A stretch of 32,142 nucleotides of DNA, from assembly GCA_002793355.1 (NCBI GenBank), contig PFQB01000098.1:1-32142 (forward strand), read 5' to 3'. The stretch comes from Candidatus Dojkabacteria bacterium CG_4_10_14_0_2_um_filter_Dojkabacteria_WS6_41_15 (GTDB lineage Bacteria; Patescibacteriota; Dojkabacteria; GCA-002793355). The notes below the pieces were generated by a model, which saw only the letters and a program-made list of their open reading frames with translations, made no database searches and was not told the origin of the DNA. The position numbers and the translations under genes are program-made. Positions 8,987-17,921 of this stretch are shown here, one piece after another; position 1 is the first letter of the stretch; the number at the start of each line of letters is the position of its first letter.

Positions 8987-10093
8987 ATGTTGCTCAACAT
9001 ACTGCTCTCCCTTCTTGTCCTTAATATTATGGTTATTGCCCACGAATTAGGGCACTACATTCTTGCAAAGCGAAACAAAATTGGGGTTCACGAATTTGCA
9101 ATTGGTTTTGGACCAACACTTTTAAAGAAGAAATGGCACGACACTTTGTGGCTAATTAAAGCTTTTCCTTTGGGTGGGTATAACGGCTTAAAAGGCGAAA
9201 TGGATGCAGAAAAGGGAAGCGGAAATTTTAGTACTGCGCCAAAGTGGGCGAAGCTACAAGTACTTTTGGCTGGTTCGTTTATGAACGTTTTAATGGCCGT
9301 AGTTGCTTTTTATCTTGCCCTAGCGTTATATGGTTGGAAAGTTCCTATTCCGTTGAATTTCAAACCAATTGGGGCAGTAATAACCACCATTGGAAAACCG
9401 TATCCTGTTGTGAATGCGGTAGTTGAAAATTCTCCAATGGGAAAGCTTGGCTTAACACTTCCTTTTCAGATAGTTTCGGTAAATCAAGTCGCAATGACCT
9501 CTCCTGCGGAAGTAGTCAATGCCATTTCGAATTCCTCAACGGATTCAATAGATATGGAAATCATAACAAAAGATGGTAGCAATCAGATTTTTGTAATTCG
9601 CGACGAAAATAAAAAAGTTGGTATTCAGATTGGGGCTGCCCCAATTCAGTTAGATTACGGTTCAACGTTGGTAAATAAGACCTTTTCTGGCTTTTCACAT
9701 TCGGCAAATATGACCGTATTGACTGGAAGGATGCTCGGAATGATGATTGCTTTCACTGCGAAGACGGGTGATTACGAACCATTGGGCTATGCCTTTGCTG
9801 GCCCCGTTGCAATTGTTGCAGCAGTAGGTTCAGTTGTAACAGACTCCAAAACGGTAGTAGCAGATCTTGCTAATATGACGGGCTTAATTGGTATTAGCTT
9901 GGCCTTGTTCAACATGTTGCCCTTTCCAGGTCTTGATGGCTGGCACATTTTCTTGCTTTTTTATGAAAAAGCAAGAGGTCGAAAACCAAACGAGAGGATT
10001 GTGGGCATTGTTACGGCTATCGGATTATTCTTTCTCTTGGGATTGGGTGCATTGATTATGTTGAAGGATGTTTGGATGTTTTTTCTAAGATAA
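8987..10093 (+). CDS. rseP: Site-2 (M50) membrane metalloprotease RseP/RasP
   Basis: HELGH zinc motif in the first TM helix, a central PDZ-like segment, and the C-terminal LPFPGLDGWH (LDG) motif. Confidence 0.85.
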   Translation: MLLNILLSLLVLNIMVIAHELGHYILAKRNKIGVHEFAIGFGPTLLKKKWHDTLWLIKAFPLGGYNGLKGEMDAEKGSGNFSTAPKWAKLQVLLAGSFMNVLMAVVAFYLALALYGWKVPIPLNFKPIGAVITTIGKPYPVVNAVVENSPMGKLGLTLPFQIVSVNQVAMTSPAEVVNAISNSSTDSIDMEIITKDGSNQIFVIRDENKKVGIQIGAAPIQLDYGSTLVNKTFSGFSHSANMTVLTGRMLGMMIAFTAKTGDYEPLGYAFAGPVAIVAAVGSVVTDSKTVVADLANMTGLIGISLALFNMLPFPGLDGWHIFLLFYEKARGRKPNERIVGIVTAIGLFFLLGLGALIMLKDVWMFFLR

Positions 10094-10106
10094 AACTGTA
10101 TTAATT

Positions 10107-10721
10107 ATGGGTACCAATACTGTAAAGCAAGTTGGTGAGCCGGTAGGGGAAGTCTTGTTCGATCGAAGGAATCCAAAAGGAGGATTAGACAAGGCGCTAA
10201 CGAGATTACAAGAGGAGATAGCAAGGGCTACTCCAGAGGACAATACTTCAAGACATACGTATCTCTCAGAATCTTTGTATGAGTTTTTGAGTAGCGAGGA
10301 AAGTGCAAAAAGGGTTATCGATAGTTTGCAGGTTGGCAGAAACGCAACAATTAACAAATTGACCTTTCGAAAAGGTTCTAAGTTGCAAAATAAGCCATGG
10401 CGTATTTCTGTTGATTTTTCGTTGCCCAATGATTCAGGAGAGACTCCAAACCGGACGGTGAGGTTAAACGTAACTTGTAGAACATATAGAGGTATTCACG
10501 GTGCAACAGAGTTAATGCAAGAACAGCAACAAGGAATGACGTTAGCAAGAGGGAATAAAAGCCACGCGGGGATTTTTCTTATGGACAATGCTGCTAAAGT
10601 TTATGTTGTTGGATTAGTTGAAGTTAAAGGGAAAGGTCCAAAAGTAGAAGGAATTGGACATGCGCCCGGCAGGCAAATCACCCCAAGACGTGTCATGGGT
10701 CCTGATGGCGAACCTATCTAA
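10107..10721 (+). CDS. Orphan cytoplasmic protein, function unknown
   Basis: 204-aa ORF with no TM helix or signal peptide and no motif I recognise. Shares a VxCRTY strand motif with the ORF at 18890. Confidence 0.55.
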   Translation: MGTNTVKQVGEPVGEVLFDRRNPKGGLDKALTRLQEEIARATPEDNTSRHTYLSESLYEFLSSEESAKRVIDSLQVGRNATINKLTFRKGSKLQNKPWRISVDFSLPNDSGETPNRTVRLNVTCRTYRGIHGATELMQEQQQGMTLARGNKSHAGIFLMDNAAKVYVVGLVEVKGKGPKVEGIGHAPGRQITPRRVMGPDGEPI

Positions 10722-10738
10722 GCAGTTTTTTCATTTCG

Positions 10739-10747
10739 TGCTATAAT
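10739..10747 (+). promoter_or_regulatory. Extended -10 promoter element (TGcTATAAT) for the proS T-box leader
   Basis: TGCTATAAT is read directly at 10739-10747. Confidence 0.5.
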
Positions 10748-10753
10748 TCTTCC

Positions 10754-11003
10754 ATTACGCAACGAACAGGAATAGTAGCGCGTCGTAAACTTTCGCATAG
10801 TGTGAAAAAACGACAAACCAACCCGCCTGGGAGCGTTCGAGAAACCAAGTAATAAACATGTTGCTTGCTAACTCGACTGGCGAAGCAGGAAATCTTCGAC
10901 AATAAGCCGAGTTTTTCACTCGGGAAGTTAGGGTGGTACCACGAGTTTCTCGTCCCAAACGTATGCTTTCGCGGTGCGAAGGTTATATTAGTTTATTGGC
11001 GAG
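10754..11003 (+). promoter_or_regulatory. T-box riboswitch leader upstream of proS
   Basis: Canonical T-box sequence AGGGTGGTACCACGAG. It folds as an antiterminator-type element: A1 GGG(10931-33)/CCC(10954-56), a 7-nt bulge TGGTACC (10934-40), and A2 ACGAG(10941-45)/CTCGT(10949-53). A Stem III-like hairpin CCGAG(10907-11)/CTCGG(10919-23) precedes it. It lies upstream of an aminoacyl-tRNA synthetase gene. Confidence 0.75.
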
Positions 11004-11006
11004 AAC

Positions 11007-12746
11007 ATGAAATTTTCAAAAATGCTCACGAAGACGTTAAAGTCTTCAAAAACGTTCGATAGTATTAATGCCACTTATTTAACTCGTGGCGGCTTTATTG
11101 ACCAAACCATGTCCGGAGTGTATTCCTACTTGCCTCTTGGTTGGCGTGTTCTGCACAAAATTGAAAATATAGTTCGTGAAGAAATGGACACAATCGCGGA
11201 AGAAGTCTTTTTACCTTCCATGGTCCCTTTTGATATTTGGCAAACAACCGGACGTATTGATTCTGTTGATGTATTGATGAAAGCCGTACCAGCCAATGCC
11301 ATGTCGAAAGAAAGAAATGATGCAGAATACATCCTTAATTGCACACATGAAGATACCATTACCCCAATTGCAAAGAAATTTGCAACTTCATATAGAGAAT
11401 TGCCAAAAGCGGTATATCAAATTCAGACAAAGTTTCGCAACGAAGCGCGTGCCAAAGCTGGAATTCTACGAGGGCGAGAATTCCGAATGAAGGATTTGTA
11501 TTCCTTCCATGCAAGTGTTGAGGATTTCAAGCGATACTATGAGAAATCAAAAGAAGTGTATATGTCGGCGTTTAAACGACTAGGCTTGGGAAAAGACACG
11601 GTTATTGCTGCTGCTTCGGGTGGTGATTTTACTGACGATTATTCTCATGAATTTCAGACGAAATGTGAGGCAGGCGAAGACACACTTTTCTATGTTTCTA
11701 GCACACAAGAGACGTTTAACAAAGAAATTGCCCCAGCAAAAGCGGTCAAACTTTCTAAAGACACTAAGCAAAAGCCACTTGAAAAAGTTTTCGGCGAAGG
11801 TATTATCGGTGTTGACGATTTGTGCAAGTTTATGGGAATTACTCCTGAAGAAACCACCAAAACACTTATCTTCGAAACTGAAAATGGCCCAATAATCTGC
11901 TCAATTCGTGGTGATTACGATGTTAACGAGTTGAAGCTTAAGAAAGTAGCTGGGGTGAAGTCTCTCAAGCTTGCAAGTGAAAAAGTGGTGAAAAAGGTTA
12001 CTGGATCAATTATCGGTTATGCCGGAGTATATAATTTACCAAAAGGAATTCCTGTTTATATTGATGATTCCTCTGCCGATTTGGTTAACTTTGAAACAGG
12101 TGCGAATGAAGCACATTATCACATGAAGAATATGAACTGGGACAGGGACGTGAAGCGACCTGCAAAGTTCTATGATATTAAGGTAGCGAAGGTAGGCGAT
12201 ATATATCCAGAAACTGGTGAGGTATATGATACTTTCCGAGCCGCTGAGGTCGGTAATATATTTCCTTTGTATACTAGATTCTCTGACGCCGTTGGTTACA
12301 AATATACCGATGATAAGGGGAATTTACAGCCAGTGTACATGGGAAGCTATGGCTTAGGAACTACTCGTGTTATGGGAGTTCTTGTAGAAAAATTCCATGA
12401 CGATAAGGGAATCATCTGGCCTATTCAAGTTGCACCGTATATCGTTCACCTCGTAACTTTGGGAGAATCTACTGAGGTAATGGAGCTAGCAACCAGGGTG
12501 TACGATAATTTGCTTAAAAACAAGGTGGAAATTGTTTGGGATGATCGCACTTCTGTTTCCGCGGGTGAAAAATTCACCGACGCAGACCTTATTGGCTGCC
12601 CAATTCGCTTGACCATTAGTGCAAGAAGCCTTGAAAAGAATGGCGTTGAAATTAAGGCACGTTCTAGAGCAGAGAGCAAGATAATCAGTGAAGTAGAAGT
12701 GCTCAAATCTGTGGAAACCTTAGCAGACGAGTTGCTTAACGAGTAA
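11007..12746 (+). CDS. proS: Prolyl-tRNA synthetase (bacterial type with an inserted editing domain)
   Basis: 579 aa. Class II motifs (FRNEARAKAGILRGREFRMKD; GSYGLGTTRV) and a C-terminal anticodon-binding domain. Confidence 0.95.
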   Translation: MKFSKMLTKTLKSSKTFDSINATYLTRGGFIDQTMSGVYSYLPLGWRVLHKIENIVREEMDTIAEEVFLPSMVPFDIWQTTGRIDSVDVLMKAVPANAMSKERNDAEYILNCTHEDTITPIAKKFATSYRELPKAVYQIQTKFRNEARAKAGILRGREFRMKDLYSFHASVEDFKRYYEKSKEVYMSAFKRLGLGKDTVIAAASGGDFTDDYSHEFQTKCEAGEDTLFYVSSTQETFNKEIAPAKAVKLSKDTKQKPLEKVFGEGIIGVDDLCKFMGITPEETTKTLIFETENGPIICSIRGDYDVNELKLKKVAGVKSLKLASEKVVKKVTGSIIGYAGVYNLPKGIPVYIDDSSADLVNFETGANEAHYHMKNMNWDRDVKRPAKFYDIKVAKVGDIYPETGEVYDTFRAAEVGNIFPLYTRFSDAVGYKYTDDKGNLQPVYMGSYGLGTTRVMGVLVEKFHDDKGIIWPIQVAPYIVHLVTLGESTEVMELATRVYDNLLKNKVEIVWDDRTSVSAGEKFTDADLIGCPIRLTISARSLEKNGVEIKARSRAESKIISEVEVLKSVETLADELLNE

Positions 12747-12751
12747 TTCCT

Positions 12752-12779
12752 TTGCAAAAGCATATTAATTGTGTATAAT
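12752..12779 (+). promoter_or_regulatory. Promoter of a leaderless rpsU transcript (TTGCAA-16-TATAAT)
   Basis: -35 TTGCAA 12752-57 and -10 TATAAT 12774-79. The ATG at 12786 lies 7 nt after the -10 box. Confidence 0.5.
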
Positions 12780-12785
12780 TCGACC

Positions 12786-13022
12786 ATGGCAGTTATTACA
12801 GTACATCAAAATGAACCAATCGACTCTGTCCTCAGACGTTTTCAGCGACAAGTTATTAAAGAAGGCATTATCTCTGATGTTTTAGACAAGCGTTGTCACC
12901 TTTCAAAATCCGAGGCAAGGCGAGTAAAAGTCCACGAATTGGAACGTTCTGCTAAGAGGAAACGACGACGATCAAAGAGCAAGCCAAGAACATCCGTACA
13001 CGTCAAGAAGAAAATGTTTTAG
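12786..13022 (+). CDS. rpsU: 30S ribosomal protein S21
   Basis: MAVITVHQNEPIDSVLRRFQRQV plus a basic tail, typical of S21. The upstream ATG at 12771 sits inside the -10 box and is rejected. Confidence 0.9.
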   Translation: MAVITVHQNEPIDSVLRRFQRQVIKEGIISDVLDKRCHLSKSEARRVKVHELERSAKRKRRRSKSKPRTSVHVKKKMF

Positions 13023-13027
13023 TTCGC

Positions 13028-13483
13028 ATGAAGCTTGACTATTCACTAACCACGAAACAACACAAGACTGAAGTTTTACGTGTATTGGATTTCCTTTTGC
13101 AGCCCGCCATAATCCAGCTCTTGACGTATTCGCCACAATTGGCAGCGAAGAGCAAGAATCAGACCGTTTTCATCAACGTGGTGGGTACTAGCCGAATGAA
13201 ATCGTTAAACAATAAATTCCGTCAAAAAGAAACTTCCACTGATGTGCTTAGTTTCGAGTTATACGATAACGGCATTATGGGAGAATTGTATATTTGTCCC
13301 GACGATATAAGCAAAAACGCAAAAGCACTTGGGCATAGTTTCGAAAATGAATTGCTAGAAATAATTATTCATGGGCTGCTGCACTTGAGTGGGTACGACC
13401 ATTCGGATGAAATGTTCGACTGGCAAAAAAAGTTAACTGACCGTATACTGAAAGAATATGAAAATACTAGTAGGTCTCGGTAA
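13028..13483 (+). CDS. ybeY: Endoribonuclease YbeY
   Basis: HGLLHLSGYDH metal-binding motif; 151 aa. Confidence 0.9.
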   Translation: MKLDYSLTTKQHKTEVLRVLDFLLQPAIIQLLTYSPQLAAKSKNQTVFINVVGTSRMKSLNNKFRQKETSTDVLSFELYDNGIMGELYICPDDISKNAKALGHSFENELLEIIIHGLLHLSGYDHSDEMFDWQKKLTDRILKEYENTSRSR

Positions 13484-14021
13484 TCCCGGGAAAGAATACG
13501 AAAGAACGCCTCACAACGCGGGTTTTATTACGCTTGATCTATTAGCAGTAAACCTTCGTGGGCTTGGTTATGTCGTCGAGGATTGGCACGAAATCAAAAA
13601 AGAGAAAAGCATATTAAGTGAGGTTTTTTCGGGCGATGGTCGTAGAATCGCCGTATTAGTGAAACCGCAAACCTATATGAATCTTAGTGGTGGAGCAGTG
13701 CAGCAAGTTATGGCAAAGTATGGCGTTAAAAGTGCAGAAGATGTCCTAATTATCTATGACGAACTCGATATCGCCCTCGGCCTGTTCAAATATTCGCCGA
13801 TTCGTAATTCCCGCACGCATAAAGGAATCGGCTCGGTAATTTCCACAGTTGGAAAAACCGTACAATCATTCAGAATTGGCGTTGACAATCGCACAATCCG
13901 TTATATTCCGGGGCAGGATTACGTGGTAATGGCATATACAACAGCGGAGCTTTCTTCGCTATCGCAGGCAGCAGATAAGGGTATTGCCCAACATGTGCTG
14001 CCTTTCCTCGGACTGGTATAA
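13458..14021 (+). CDS. pth: Peptidyl-tRNA hydrolase
   Basis: MKILVGLGNPGKEYERTPHNAGF N-terminus, typical of Pth. Overlaps ybeY by 26 nt. Confidence 0.9.
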   Translation: MKILVGLGNPGKEYERTPHNAGFITLDLLAVNLRGLGYVVEDWHEIKKEKSILSEVFSGDGRRIAVLVKPQTYMNLSGGAVQQVMAKYGVKSAEDVLIIYDELDIALGLFKYSPIRNSRTHKGIGSVISTVGKTVQSFRIGVDNRTIRYIPGQDYVVMAYTTAELSSLSQAADKGIAQHVLPFLGLV

Positions 14022-14050
14022 TAGATAACTGCTAATTTAAAGATTATCCT

Positions 14051-14629
14051 ATGTCGTTACCAATCACGTTTACAGGAAGAGGATTCGATGTTACAGATCC
14101 GATAAAAAAATACGTCGAAGATAAATTACTCAAATTGCCTCATATTGAATTGGCAACCCAGATTGATCTTGAAGTTGGTAAAACAGTTTTTCACAAAGGA
14201 GCTGCTAAAGATTTCTATGTTCGTATTCTTATTACACTTCCTAAAGCTGTAGTTCGAATGAAAAAGGAAGGCGAGGACGTTTATGTATTGTTCGATGATA
14301 TGGCTCCAAGTTTACATGAGAAGTTAGTTCACTATAAGGACAACTTCAGAAAATGGGAAGGTGCGGAGACATGGCCAGAAACTGCAGTCGTAGAGGATGT
14401 AAAAGAGGAAGCGAAACTAGAGGACTCCTCCAGTGCAATATACGCAGGATATGTCCCAAAAATTCGCCGAAAAGTTATTACCGAGATGGCACCAATGTCA
14501 GTTACTGAAGCAATTGAAAGAATGGAACTTCTAGACAAAGACTTTTTCATTTTCAAAGATGTTCAGTCTGGAAATATTGCAGTTGTAGTGAAGAATGGAA
14601 GTGAGTACGAGATGGTAGTGGCTGATTAA
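14051..14629 (+). CDS. hpf: Ribosome hibernation promoting factor (long HPF)
   Basis: N-terminal S30AE/RaiA fold sequence, plus a C-terminal dimerisation domain (MSVTEAIERMELLDKDFFIFKD). Confidence 0.9.
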   Translation: MSLPITFTGRGFDVTDPIKKYVEDKLLKLPHIELATQIDLEVGKTVFHKGAAKDFYVRILITLPKAVVRMKKEGEDVYVLFDDMAPSLHEKLVHYKDNFRKWEGAETWPETAVVEDVKEEAKLEDSSSAIYAGYVPKIRRKVITEMAPMSVTEAIERMELLDKDFFIFKDVQSGNIAVVVKNGSEYEMVVAD

Positions 14630-14631
14630 AT

Positions 14632-14738
14632 CTTAAAGTATAAAGATTAAAGTATAAATCAATAATGGTGGATATTATTTGCCTCGTCCGATTTTTAACT
14701 TTCAGTCTTTAAACTTTGCGCTTTATTCTTTATCCTTT
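14632..14738. repeat. Heptad-periodic AAAG / CTTT repeat arms forming a long imperfect inverted repeat between convergent genes
   Basis: AAAG occurs at 14635, 14642 and 14649, with AAAT at 14656 (period 7). CTTT occurs at 14707, 14714, 14721, 14728 and 14735 (period 7). Arms 14635-14652 and 14721-14738 pair at 16 of 18 positions. An inner hairpin is formed by AATAAT(14661-66)/ATTATT(14674-79). Confidence 0.6.
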
Positions 14739-15561
14739 ATTTCGTTACGTCTTTGCTGAACAACCTTTTCACTAACTCGATACTTTTAAGGAACTTGTAA
14801 CTTTTGTTTGTTTCCGAGGTTAAGGTGTTATTTGCTGAGTTGTACCCTTCCATTGCTTTGGTAAGCCATTCCTGTCGCTTGGTGGTAAGGTTGCTTTGTT
14901 TAATGGCATCAATAATTTGCGTTTTAACATCAGCCAACTTCTTGTCGGTAAATTGCGTCTTATTTTCGTCGAAGTACGCTTGAATTTCTTTGTCTGTCGG
15001 TTCTACAGCAGTACCGTTAATTAGCTTGTCGAGTGTTACTGTTATCTTTACGTAAGCTCGATATTCTGCTTCGGTAATTCCGCTATTCTTAAGCTCGGCT
15101 TTAAAGGCTTCGTCTGTGGTGATTCCCGCTTTCTTTTTATCGGCCTCGATTGCAGCGTTAACATCGGCATCGGTAACTTTAAGCTTTTTATCTTTTGCAC
15201 CTTGTGCAATTGCAGACTTAGCTAACATTTCGTTTAATACTGGATTTCCTTGTGCTGCATCTTGCTTTTGTAATTCATTAAGGTATGCGGAACGAGAAAC
15301 ATCAGTATCTTTAAAAAACGCAACATATTGAGAGGTAATCGATGTTTGAATAACCCAGTCAAGGGCAGGAATAAGGGCTAAGGCGATAACAAAGCCAACC
15401 GCGAACTTTATTAGCGTTTCCTTTTTTATTGAAAAAGCTATTGGACGTTTTGGTGCCTCTTTTACTGAGGTTGCAACCGTTGCTTCCTGCATTTTTGGGG
15501 CGGTATCTACTGATCTTTTCTTGTCTTTCATATGACGACGTTTTAGATTAATGTGGTCCAT
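14737..15561 (-). CDS. Membrane-anchored SurA_N/PrsA-like chaperone domain protein with no obvious parvulin domain
   Basis: One TM helix (FAVGFVIALALIPAL) followed by helical repeats typical of PrsA/SurA N-terminal domains (TDADVNAAI, TEAEYRAYV, TDKEIQAYFDENK). An alternative start is at 15531. Confidence 0.6.
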   Translation of the reverse strand: MDHINLKRRHMKDKKRSVDTAPKMQEATVATSVKEAPKRPIAFSIKKETLIKFAVGFVIALALIPALDWVIQTSITSQYVAFFKDTDVSRSAYLNELQKQDAAQGNPVLNEMLAKSAIAQGAKDKKLKVTDADVNAAIEADKKKAGITTDEAFKAELKNSGITEAEYRAYVKITVTLDKLINGTAVEPTDKEIQAYFDENKTQFTDKKLADVKTQIIDAIKQSNLTTKRQEWLTKAMEGYNSANNTLTSETNKSYKFLKSIELVKRLFSKDVTK

Positions 15562-15600
15562 TATAACAAAAATTCTGTAGAATCCAAGTGGGTTGCTAAC

Positions 15601-16974
15601 TTACAATAACCTCTTACGGGAGTCTGCTCCGTCTAAATGCCAGTAAATGCTTAACAATTGATTTCCATTGTAGACTTTCCCGTGATCAACTATTGCATAT
15701 TTTCCACCCCAACTATCGGTGCCATAATATACTCTTCCGTTAAGTGCCGCAAAAATTGGTGCACCCCAGCCATTTAACGAATAGGTTCTACCTTTTGATT
15801 GCCAACAAACGGGTGTTACAATTTGGTATTTCCGGGAACTGTCTTGGTTGCCTGCGGAGGTAGAAATTCCATCGATAGAGTAGCTATCATGAAATCCCCA
15901 GGTCATCAGCATGCCGGGTAATGGAGCTTTAGCACGCGAGTCTGTCACATATGAACCGGAAAGTTTTAATAATCCTGAGCTAAAAGGGTTGACGTTAGTA
16001 TAGTATGAGCTCTTGTTACCGTTTTTGCGCTCAATGAAGCCATAATGGATGTGAGCTCCGAAAGTACAGCCGGTATATCCTTCACGACCAATAACATTTC
16101 CTCTGCTTACTGCGGTTCCGTTACCTAACTTATTCGCTTCGAACAGCTGTATGGCTACCGAAAGTGCTTGGCGGTCCGCTGCATTTTGTTGCGAAATAAG
16201 CTTTGACCGCTCTGCTGCAAGTGTCTTCTCTTGTTTAGTAAGTTCAGCTAGAAGTGTCTGTTGTTTACCTCGCTGGCTTGCCAAGGTTGCGCGTAACTTG
16301 ATGATTTCTAAGTTTGCTCGTTCCATGATATCACGCTTTTCGATAATTGCGACTTGCGCCACGCCAAGGACTTTCTCTTCTGATGATAGTTGTGTTTGCA
16401 GGTTTGTAAATTGTGCAAAGCGGACCTTTTCTTGCTGTGATACATAATCGAAGTAGCGGAGCATTTCTAATGTCGAAATCAGGTCATTTTGTGCAAGCAA
16501 GTACCAAATCGGAATGCTGTTTACTTTATACGCCATTAGCGCAATTTCGTTCACTTTTTGCATCGAATTCTGCTTTTCCTGCTTCAGCGTGTCAATACGG
16601 TTTTTGGTTTCCGAGATATCTTCGCCAATATTGGTGATTTCGATACTTGCCAGTTCGATGTCAATTTGTCTTTGTGCCAGTTCGTTTTCGTTTGCAGTCA
16701 CTTGTGCGTTAATTTCATCGACTTGCGATTGAATGTCTCCTTCTTGAACTCTAACATTTTTTAGTGTTCCTTCAATTTTCTTTCGTTGTGCAACTAATTC
16801 ATTTCGTTTCGTTATCAAATAGTCATAGCATTTGCTTAATGAGTATCCAGCAGGGCAGTCATTTGCTGCACGAACAGGCAGTGGTGAAACACCAAAATAG
16901 GAGATTAACCCTATGGCAAACACAAGCAGGGTAGAAACTGTAAGAAGTCTTTTAGTTGTTTTTCCAATATGCAT
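15601..16974 (-). CDS. Coiled-coil M23 (LytM) peptidase, an EnvC/PcsB-like partner of FtsEX
   Basis: Signal/TM segment, a long coiled coil, and a C-terminal M23 signature (GREGYTGCTFGAHIHYGF). Located directly downstream of ftsEX. Confidence 0.8.
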   Translation of the reverse strand: MHIGKTTKRLLTVSTLLVFAIGLISYFGVSPLPVRAANDCPAGYSLSKCYDYLITKRNELVAQRKKIEGTLKNVRVQEGDIQSQVDEINAQVTANENELAQRQIDIELASIEITNIGEDISETKNRIDTLKQEKQNSMQKVNEIALMAYKVNSIPIWYLLAQNDLISTLEMLRYFDYVSQQEKVRFAQFTNLQTQLSSEEKVLGVAQVAIIEKRDIMERANLEIIKLRATLASQRGKQQTLLAELTKQEKTLAAERSKLISQQNAADRQALSVAIQLFEANKLGNGTAVSRGNVIGREGYTGCTFGAHIHYGFIERKNGNKSSYYTNVNPFSSGLLKLSGSYVTDSRAKAPLPGMLMTWGFHDSYSIDGISTSAGNQDSSRKYQIVTPVCWQSKGRTYSLNGWGAPIFAALNGRVYYGTDSWGGKYAIVDHGKVYNGNQLLSIYWHLDGADSRKRLL

Positions 16975-17002
16975 ATGTATTGCTGGCGTTTTGTAATCCG
17001 TA

Positions 17003-17920
17003 CTATTTTATATAGTGCTTCGTCGCAAAGAAGGCACAAAGATAGCCAATTAGGGCTCCTAATCCCAGTTCAATTGCACCAAACGCGACGAAGAACCACG
17101 ATGGGTAGAAAAGTGCCTGAAGTCCTACACTAGACATCATGTCGTGAATGAATTTGAAGAGAATATTATCTTGTAAGACAAGGTTTGCGACTAACCAAAT
17201 CACCATTATGGAAAAGAAAGATATTGACGCCGCAACTACACCGTAGACCGCACCTTGGTACATAAAGGGCATTGCCATAATTTTTGGATCTGCGCCTACT
17301 AAGTCCATAATTTCGATTTCTTGTGCAAAGCGGTTGATGGTAAACCCGATGGTTAAGTACACTAATATAATGGAAACGATGAACAAAAAGGCTGTTATAA
17401 CCAAACTGCTGACCGTAACGGTATTGCTAAATTGTCTGATTTTTTCGACGATATCCTGGAAAAATACTTTATCAATGATTAGTGCTCCTTTATTCTTTTC
17501 GTCATCAACCATCTGCACGAAAGGCTTGTAATCGGTATTTGGCCTTAGTTGCACGCGAAGGATGCGGATTTGGTTAGCGTCGAAGGCATATTGACCTTGC
17601 TGTTCTGGGGCAATGCCAATGCTGGTTAGGTACTGCTTTTGAATATCCGCCGAGGTAGAATAGGAAACCTTCATTACGCCGGTTTGCTTCTCAAGATATC
17701 CTTTAAAAATCAGAATATTTTCTTCTTTTTCCTTCGGGTCATAAAATATCGAGAGTGTTGGCTGACTTTGCAAGTAGGTTACGGCTTTTGTCGCAAACTC
17801 GTTCATGACAAAAAATAAGGTTCCTAACGAAAAAGTAACCGTGATAATTACGACGCTTGCGAGCGAAAGACCGGGGTTTCGTCGAATGTATTTAAAGGTT
17901 GTAGCCCACACAAGATTCAT
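17003..17920 (-). CDS. ftsX: Cell division permease FtsX
   Basis: Four-TM topology with a large first extracytoplasmic loop. Tightly packed directly downstream of ftsE (one nucleotide, 17921, separates the two ORFs). Confidence 0.85.
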   Translation of the reverse strand: MNLVWATTFKYIRRNPGLSLASVVIITVTFSLGTLFFVMNEFATKAVTYLQSQPTLSIFYDPKEKEENILIFKGYLEKQTGVMKVSYSTSADIQKQYLTSIGIAPEQQGQYAFDANQIRILRVQLRPNTDYKPFVQMVDDEKNKGALIIDKVFFQDIVEKIRQFSNTVTVSSLVITAFLFIVSIILVYLTIGFTINRFAQEIEIMDLVGADPKIMAMPFMYQGAVYGVVAASISFFSIMVIWLVANLVLQDNILFKFIHDMMSSVGLQALFYPSWFFVAFGAIELGLGALIGYLCAFFATKHYIK

Positions 17921-17921
17921 G

